A stretch of 64,000 nucleotides of DNA. It comes from Eledone cirrhosa (taxonomy: Eukaryota). Below the pieces are notes generated by a model. That model searched no databases. It was not told the origin of the DNA and saw only the letters and a program-made list of their open reading frames with translations. The position numbers and the translations under genes are program-made. This document shows positions 55,357 to 64,000 of the stretch, piece by piece. Position 1 is the stretch's first letter; each line of letters opens with the position of its first letter. The stretch spans positions 9,176,001-9,240,000 of the forward strand of contig OZ024751.1 in NCBI GenBank assembly GCA_964016885.1, given 5' to 3'.

Positions 55357-56740
55357 TGCTACTGTACGTCTGTATACATATATGTATGTACGTATACATA
55401 CATACTTACATTTAAGTAAGTGCCATACTAAGAGTGAGAAATGAAATTTCGTTTTCATTTTTTTCAACTTATCGTTTTCGGTATGCCTGACCGATTTAAC
55501 TCACTCAATATGCAAATTAGGCTGCTCAGCCGTTAATTTTCATAAGGAAAGTATATACTTTCGAACGTTCAACTATCTGGCAGATGGGTATACGGTGCTG
55601 ACGATAGCTAACAAGCTTGAAACTAGTACAGCGTTCCTTTGTCAGTGTTGAACAAATGAGCAACGGTGGTTGCTAGACACTACGGCTTAATACGGGATGT
55701 TTGTTTACAAACACACCGAGCATTATAATAAATCGGTGAATCCATACGTGCATATATATATGTGTGCATGTATGTATATATATATATACATACTACTGTA
55801 CGTCGGTATACATATATGTATGTACGTGTACATACTTATATTTAAGTAACAGCCGTACTAAGAGTGGGAAATGAAATATCGTTTCATTTTTTCCGTTTAT
55901 CGTTTTCGGTGCACCCGGCCGATTAACCCACTCGATATGCAAATTGGGCTACTCAGCCGTTAATATGCATAAGGTAAGTATATACGTTCAACAATCTGGC
56001 AGGAAGCTATACGTTGCTGACGATAGCTAACAAGCTTGAAACTAGTACAGCGTTCCTTTGTCAGTGTTGAACAAACGAGCAACGGTTGTTGCTAGACACT
56101 ACGGCTTAATACGTGATGTTTGTTTACAAACACACCGAGCATTATAATAAATGTTCGGTGAATCCATACGTGCATATATATATGTGTGCATGCATGTATA
56201 TATATACATACTACTGTACGTCGGTATACATATATGTATGTACGTGTACATACTTATATTTAAGTAACAGCCTTACTAAGAGTGGGAAATGAAATATCGT
56301 TTCATTTTTTCCGTTTATCGTTTTCGGTGCACCCGGCCGATTAACCCACTCGATATGCAAATTGGGCTACTCAGCCGTTAATATGCATAAGGTAAGTATA
56401 TACGTTCAACAATCTGGCAGGAAGGTATACGTTGCTGACGATAGCTAACGAGCTTGAAACTAGTACAGCGTTCCTATGTCAGTGTTGAACAAACGAGCAA
56501 CGGTGGTTGCTAGACACTACGGCTTAATACGGGATGTTTGTTTACAAACACACCGAGCATTATAATAAATGTTCGCTGAATCCATACGTGCATATATATA
56601 TGTGTGCATGTATGTATATATATATATATACATACTACTGTACGTCTGTATACATATATGTATGTACGTGTACATACTTCTATTTAAGTAACAGCCGTAC
56701 TAAGAGTGGGAAATGAAATATCGTTTCATTTTTTCCGTTT
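54693..56740. repeat. Retrozyme-like tandem array of a ~419-bp HHR unit: ~1.1 copy minus (54693-55270) head-to-head with ~3.5 copies plus
   Basis: HHR cores at 55598, 56017, 56435 (period 419, 418); both ends in (AT)n. Confidence 0.9.
56011..56053 (+). ncRNA. Minimal type I hammerhead ribozyme (also 55592-55634 +, 56429-56471 +, 55044-55086 -)
   Basis: ACGTTG-CTGACGA-tAGCT-aaca-AGCTt-GAAA-CTAG-TA-CAGCGT. Confidence 0.88.
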
Positions 56741-56760
56741 ATATATATATATATATATAT

Positions 56761-59700
56761 ACAAATACAACAACAACAAAAGTAACGTTGCTGCATTCTT
56801 TCCACAAAGACACAATTACAACAAATACAACAACAACCACTAAAGTGTTAACTGCAACCCCATCCAATGGTGTAACCACAAATCCAATCAAAAACCGCTC
56901 TCTGAACAAGAACATTTTTCTTTTTTAGCCATGGACCTGGCAAAAGAGATAGAGAAAAACATTTTAGCCATCACTCAACCCCATCCAATCTCAAAACAAG
57001 CCCCCTGCAACAGTTAAAACTAGCCACCACACTATTCCATCAATGCACAGAAATGGAAGATCCAATTCATTGACGATTGGGTTGGTAACCATCCATTTCA
57101 CATCCCCTTATTCATTCTTTCTGAGACCCACCTTGACAACTCCCACTTGGAGGCCGAAGTAATAGTGAGGAATTTCACAACCATCCGTGCGCATCGTGTT
57201 GGCAGAAGGAAGGGTGGAACTGCCATTTTCCTGCATGATTCCTTTACGGCAGATGGTAACACAACATTCTCCAATGGCTACTGTGAATCAGTCACTGTGC
57301 ACAATAAAGCCAATGACCTGACATTAGTTGGGCTCTATTGGCCACCTCAAACACCCATAATCTGCTTCAAAGAATGCCTCAACAGTATTAAATGCTTTAT
57401 TAAACAGTGCCATTCTAGCAAAATACTTTTGATGGGAGACTTTAATCTACCCTGTGTTGATTGGTCTACATGTAGTTTGAAACCAGGCACACCAACCTCA
57501 ACCACTGACAAAGAAGCTGTCGAGTCACTTTTTGACTTCATGAATGAGTTTTTCTTGTCCCAACTTGTCCTTGCACCAACAAGGCATCATAATAAAATTC
57601 TGGATCTAGAGTTTAGTAACCACACTAACACTATCCCTAATATTACAGTGGAATAAACCCTTCTCTCAGACCATGACATGATTCTTTGTAACCTGAGATT
57701 CCACCAGCCGAAAGCTAATCCCAGGTTCCTCTTTCCAGCCCACCCATTTGATAACATGGATCTCTACAATGCCAACTGGGATGCAATTATGAACGAACTA
57801 TCACATGTTGACTGGTCATTTACAAACGCACACATTTCCACCAACATCAAAACATCTTGGCAGATCTTTGTAGACACTGCCACAAATATATGTACAAAAC
57901 ACACCCCACCAAAACCTGTGAACACAACCAATTGCAGTATCCCCCAAAACAGAAAATCAATTATCAGAAAAATAAAAAGAACAAACAAAAAAATTAACAC
58001 ACTAAAATACTGCCAACATACACACACATTCGATGGCTCTCGCCCGGCTTCAGTAAAAAGATATAACCTCCAGCAATGGGTGATGACCATCATCAATAAC
58101 CAGAGAATAGCTGAAGAGAGGTGGGCCATTGAGAAAATCAAACTCAACCCCAAAGTGCTCTTTTCATTTGCTAAAAAAACACAAGGTCACCGTCTCCACT
58201 GTTGGCCCTCTAGTTGATGAAAATGGCACACTCCAAGACAATGCCAAAAACCATAGGCGATATACTGCAGAAAAAATACTGCTCTGTTTTCAGCAATCCT
58301 GATATGCCCGATCTGGGATGTATCAGTGATGTCAATCCCCAACACACTATATCAGAGATAACGTTTGGCGCCCCTGATCTCTTAGCGGCAATAGACGAAA
58401 TTAGACTCAAATCAGCAATAGGCCCCGACAGGTTCCCTGCTTGTGTCCTGAAGATGTGTCGACACCAACTTGCATCTCCTCTTGCTAATCTGTGGAGGAC
58501 CCCACTGGACAATGGCTATATTCCTGAAAACGTTCTGTCCCAGTCCGTTGTCCCAGTCTTCAAAAATGGAAATAAGTCCCCTGCAGTGAATTACCGTCCG
58601 ATCTCACTATCATCTCATAATATCAAGGTATTTGAGAGGGTGGTGCGATCACGAATAACCCACTTTCTTGAAAGCAAAGGCCTGCTGAACTCCAACCAAC
58701 ATGGGTTCCGTAATAGAAGGGACTGCGTAACGCAGCTCCTGCATCACTTTGACGATGTTTTGAGAGCCTTGGGAGAGGGCTCCAACACTGATGGCATCTA
58801 CCTTGATTTCAGTAAGGCCTTTGACAGGGTTGATCATAAGATTCTACTGAAAAAACTATCCAATATTGGTGTCTCTGGAAGTTTACTACAGCGAATCAAA
58901 TGTTTCCTGACAGGCAGAACCCAGCTTGTTGTAGTCGAAGGAGTGAAATCAAGCCCTGCCAAAGTCAGCAGTGGCGTCCCACAAGGCACTGTGTTGGTCC
59001 CACTTCTTTTCATCATCTACATTAATGACATTACTGACATCATCAAGCACAGCCACGTAAGAATCTTCGCAGATGATTCCAAGCTCCAAAGGGTCATCAA
59101 TAAGGTGGGTGACTGGACTTGCCTTCAGTCAGACCTACTGGCTGTTATCCAATGGGCAGAAAAGAATAATTTGCTGTTGAATGAGGATAAGTTTGAATTA
59201 ATCCACTTTGGAAAAAAGGATGCCCTGAAACTACCATACTCTCTTCGTTCGGGTGAAACTCTAGTGGCATCCAATAACATCAGAGATCTGGGAGTAAATC
59301 TGGACAACAACGTAAGCTGAGCCACTCATTTAAACAGCAATGTTGATATGGCCCGCACTATGTGTTCCTGGATTCTTAGAACTTTCCAGTCGAGAGATAT
59401 CCACACTGTTATCCTTCTCTTCTCCACTTTTGCCCGACCCCACCATGAATACTGTTGACCACTGTGGTCTCCACACATGAAACAAAGTATCATGAAAGTT
59501 GAAGCACCCCAAATGTCAATTAAAAAAAAAGATAGATGGCATGACAGGCCTTGACTATTGGAGTCGATTAGAAAGGCTCAACTTGTATTCTCTCCAACGT
59601 CGCCGTCAGCGCAACATTATCTGCATGATGCGGAAAATATTCCATCAGCTTTGCCCAAATAATGTTGGCATCACCTTTAAGGTATACCGCCCACGACAAA

Positions 59701-60015
59701 AATCTCACTCGCATCTCATAACAATATAACAGCACAATAATTTCACCTCAATTGGCCCTGCTCTCTTTAACATTACACCAAAACACATCAAAGCAGAAAA
59801 AGACCCCATCAAGTTCAACACGTATTTGGATTAATTCCTTTAAGAAATCCTGGATAAGCCTCCTACATCCGGATATGCCTCCGTAAACAATAACTCACTG
59901 CTCGAGTGGGCCATGGTGCCCAAACACTGACTTGTAAGACTTCGCCAGGTGGTGCTATTAAGTTAGACATGGCCTGGGCCAATACTGCCGAAACCTATCA
60001 AAGTTATCAAAGTTA
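56761..60015 (+). mobile_element. CR1-clade LINE ORF2 (APE endonuclease + RT), 5'-truncated, with stops/frameshifts
   Basis: LMGDFNLP, PTRHHNKILDL, NYRPISL, QHGFR, YLDFSKAFDRVDH, SGVPQGTVL, FADDSKL, LYSLQRRR; tail TATCAAAGT repeated. Confidence 0.92.
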
Positions 60016-60037
60016 TATATATATATATATATATATA

Positions 60038-60170
60038 TGAAGCTCCTTGGCTAGCAGTATACTACCCAGGGAGCTGAAGGAAGGTACAATATGCCCTATC
60101 CATAAAGGAGGTAGCAGAGCGGAGGCCAAAAACTATGGGCCAGTCTCGTAAGACATTGAATATCGGTAAG
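60038..60170 (+). mobile_element. Small LINE RT fragment
   Basis: Translates ICPIHKGGSRAEAKNYGPVS. Confidence 0.6.
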
Positions 60171-60534
60171 AAAGTTTTTTTATATCGATGTTTAACGGGC
60201 ATCCACTGATGATTTATAAGTTCCCATCTGCATATATTCCTACTGACTATGTGCAGGCTTCTTCATAACCTGGACACATTTTCCCAACTTGTAGAAAACT
60301 TATAATGAAACAATTGTTTGGAAAGGGAGATGTATTTTAATTATGTCTCATATAAAATAATAGAACTGGCTATCCGCAAAATACATACAGTTAGCACCCC
60401 AAACGTAACATTGGGATTATAGTAAGGTATATCCTAATGTTTGTTGAGTGAGATGGAAGCCAGTCAGAGTATAGCTTAAAGCTTTCTCTGTTAATGTATT
60501 AAATATATACATATATATATATATATACACACAC

Positions 60535-60592
<58 letters not shown>

Positions 60593-61643
60593 GAGTTAAA
60601 CAGGATTCAGTGAGTACATCAAAGAATGAGTTTTACAGTAGATTGGAAGCACTCTACAAAAAAATAATATTCCAGACTTATTAATATTAAAATACAAATA
60701 TTAATAAAATAGATGTTCTTTTGATCAATTAAATTTTATGATACATATTTCAGCGATACAACAATACATCCTCAGCAGACAAAATATAATGATACATGAC
60801 ATACCCTGAGATGTTAAATGGTTAAGAGTTAATCAAGTTAGTGATTAACCTAAGTAAAAACTCAACATTTATACCCTAATAATAGAAAATGCGGGAGTAG
60901 GAAAAACGTTGGTTAATGTGACAGCTATAGAGATTTTAAAATGTGGGTTACTACAAATTATAGTTATCTAGGAAAACGTCTCATGAATGATAACTGTTTA
61001 TGAAGGCCGCTAATAGAGGATTTAAAGAGAGGGAAAGATAAATGGGAGAAATATGCAGAAAGAGATGTTTTTCCCCTAAAAGCTAAACGCTTAAGTTTCA
61101 AAATATTTAATTTATGTTATTTTAAGTGTCAAGATTTTAGGGGTTTTTTAAAGTTGATGGTTATTTATATTTATTAATTTTATAAATTCTAAATATGTGT
61201 TAACATTTCTAAACTTCTGAATTTTATGAGGATAAAATTTAAAGGATTTACCTCGCCAGCGAAATAAAATTTACACTGTTGAAAATGTTCCTTTAGCGAA
61301 AATTACCTATAAAAATGTCAACATTTTCGATATGTAAAGCTTATGAAGTACTCATTGTTAGAAATATCCAAAAATTAAGTGTCAAGTAGTTAGTGTAAGG
61401 ATTAAAGCAGAGTTTTCAGCAACTTATATATTTCTGCGTGGAATTATGGTAATAAATTAATATTTGTTATATTATATTAAATCTCTATATAAGTTCTACT
61501 TAAAGTACATCAAATAAATATCTATATTTGCACAAACTAGATATTTGTACAAACTATACGTTATACTAAACTGTAATTATGTTATAATACACTGTAGATA
61601 TATATGCAAAAAAAATTCAAAAGTTGAGATATACGTAACTATA

Positions 61644-62829
61644 GGAGACACCAGACGCAAGAGACAGAGAAACACCCAAGGCAAGTGCTTCCTTAAAATG
61701 ACACACCTGGGCGAGAAAACCACCAACGCTATCCGCAAGGCTATACGGAGGGAGGGCCTCGACATCCACCTGGCCCACTCGGGCCCCTCCCTGCGAAGAT
61801 GCCTCTCCAGGAAACCCGAAAAATCTACTGACGCATGCTCCCTCAGAGACTGCCCGATACGCCATGCGAACTGTTGCCTACGCACATACGTCGTGTATAA
61901 GATAGAATGTGACAGGTGCAACCAATACTACATAGGTAGCACAATTCGACCTTTGCACATCCGGATCAAGGAACACACTAAAACCAGGGCCTCGTCTTTC
62001 CGGAAACACATAGACAAATGCGGAAACAAAGACGGAAGTCCCATTGTCACAATTCTAGCGACTGAAAGAAACGTCGGCACGTTACGTATCAAGGAAGCGC
62101 TTTTTATCAAACGACTGCAACCGCAAATAAACAACCGATCAGAGAGAAGCGAAATGAGATGGCTGGTTTAAGTTAACAAGCGATGCAACAACACACAACA
62201 CACGCACACACACACACGCAAACGAGACAACTACACACACACACGCACACACCCACAGTAGCATTCCACCATACGAACATACTACACTGCCAATACAGAG
62301 GAACAAGGCAACAACACACGCACACACACACAGTAACATTTAACAAACAGGCAGAGAATGGACTGACAGCTAGCGCCATCCCACTCCCTCATTCGGCCGC
62401 TGACCTCTGTACGACCGACCCCCATTTCACGCGCACGCGCGCTCTGCCGATTACCTCAGATATTCAAAACAACAAACAGCGAAGGACGCGTTCCGGACTT
62501 GTCCGACAGACAACCTTTCCCACACCCCGGAAAAACCCCAGTTAATGGATGTGAATCCGAAATATATAGGGACTTTTAAATCTCTCCCAAGGTAACTCTC
62601 TCTTGTGTTATTATTTCTATTTTATCCTTTATACTCTTCCCTTCATTCTACACATCTCACACATCTTATACACACCACGCATCTCAACGTACACCCACTT
62701 ACATCTCTCTCTCCACCACCGGACCTTGTTACCCGGAGATTTACCCATTTGCATTGTCGAGGCTTCTAAACGACTTAAAGATATTTACTTATTGTTCCAC
62801 AATGCTTCAAGCAAACTTCAATACTCTAT

Positions 62830-62830
<1 letters not shown>
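61644..62830 (+). mobile_element. PLE 3' part: GIY-YIG endonuclease (to 62171) plus 3' UTR with HHR-shaped motif 62536-62571
   Basis: VVYKIECDRCNQYYIGST..RIKEH..KEALFIK..PQIN; CCC-CAGTTAA-tGGAT-gtga-ATCC-GAAA-TATA-TA-GGG. Confidence 0.85.
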
Positions 62831-62877
<47 letters not shown>

Positions 62878-63040
62878 AACCGCTGATCAATCAATGAGAA
62901 ACATTGATTGTTAGCTAAATCAACTATAGGAATACAAAATATACAGAAGCGAAAACTAAACCAAACCAAACCAAACAGTGTGTGTGATTCATGATTATTT
63001 CTGGCAATATTATAATATGATACTCCCACACTAAATATAA

Positions 63041-63098
<58 letters not shown>

Positions 63099-63119
63099 CT
63101 GTGTGAGTGTGTATGTGTG

Positions 63120-63330
63120 TCTAAACTCTGTCTCGTACATGACTCCGCTGGAAAGGACCGCAGTCCATCGCAGACTTAAATCCCCAGTTATTGCTGGTGC
63201 TCATTCTCAGCGGAGTATACTGGAGCAACGTAAAATGAAGTGCTTTGCTCATAACACAGCCCGGGAATCGAACCCACGACGTTATGATATTAAGTCCAAC
63301 ACCCTTTCCACTAGTTCACGCACATCCACT
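63120..63330 (-). mobile_element. Degenerate tRNA-derived SINE
   Basis: Minus-strand B-box GGGTTCGATTCCCG. Confidence 0.55.
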
Positions 63331-64000
63331 CTGTATATATACAAATGTCTATGTATATACATGTAAATTACATATATATATATGTGTTTGTGTGTATGCA
63401 TGTGTGTATTTTTAAATAAATATGATATTTATGTGTATCTATGTATTAATGTGCATTATAATCACTATTCCACTTTAACTATATCTTAAATTATTGTTTT
63501 TCCTCACTAAACCTTCACTATATTTTAGATATGTTTATTACAGTTGTATTCTTACATGTTTTTATTTTCTTAGCATATTCTATTAATATTAAAAGCTTCG
63601 ATGACTAAGAGCAATTCAAGTTGTATGTTCTATTTATATACCTCTACCTCTATTTTAGTCTCTACTATATTTCTATCAATGCTTGGTAGTCCGTATAATA
63701 TCTATTGTTACTAAACGTTATTTTTGTATTTTTTATCACTGTAAATGTTAATTACTTCTTTAAGCTTCCGTGAATATTAACGATTAGCCAACAATATTTG
63801 AATTCTATTGTATACGGGTTTCCACTATTTTTCTCCACTGGAATTCTAGAACATGTTAGATATCTTTTATTTGTATTTCATTGATTCTGATGTGTTATTC
63901 TAACTGGAATGAAATATTCTTCTTAGTCTAACGAAACGGTCGTAAACGATTACAATTTTAATATCTGTTATCCTTTGTTATATACAGTAACTATAAATAT

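Noticed and set aside
60735-60778. Minus-strand CTGAGGA...GAAA-TATGTA-TC
   Set aside because: Stems I and II too weak to call

Overview
AT-rich eukaryotic genomic DNA, most likely an octopus or other cephalopod. This is inferred from the SINE family and the dense (AT)n/(GT)n microsatellites. I found no intact host gene. Nearly all long ORFs in the track are microsatellite read-throughs or decayed retrotransposon fragments: Penelope-like elements (PLEs) with Naiad-like and other RT/GIY-YIG pieces, RTE LINEs, a CR1-clade LINE and tRNA-derived SINEs. The main hidden signal is about 30 type I hammerhead ribozyme (HHR) motifs, some partial or degenerate, from roughly a dozen unrelated sequence families. 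Most have a short palindromic stem III. Two sets form retrozyme-like tandem arrays with one HHR per unit: a near-identical 558-bp unit (about 8.6 copies, 36475-41275) and a ~419-bp unit (54693-56740). Most HHR-bearing inserts share one architecture: two arms joined head-to-head, with the 3' ends running out into (AT)n through TAT microhomology. The inversion junction often falls in the HHR core or stem II. Together this suggests an (AT)n-targeting, twin-primed PLE/retrozyme system that may use circular RNA. All structures were folded by eye and none has been tested.
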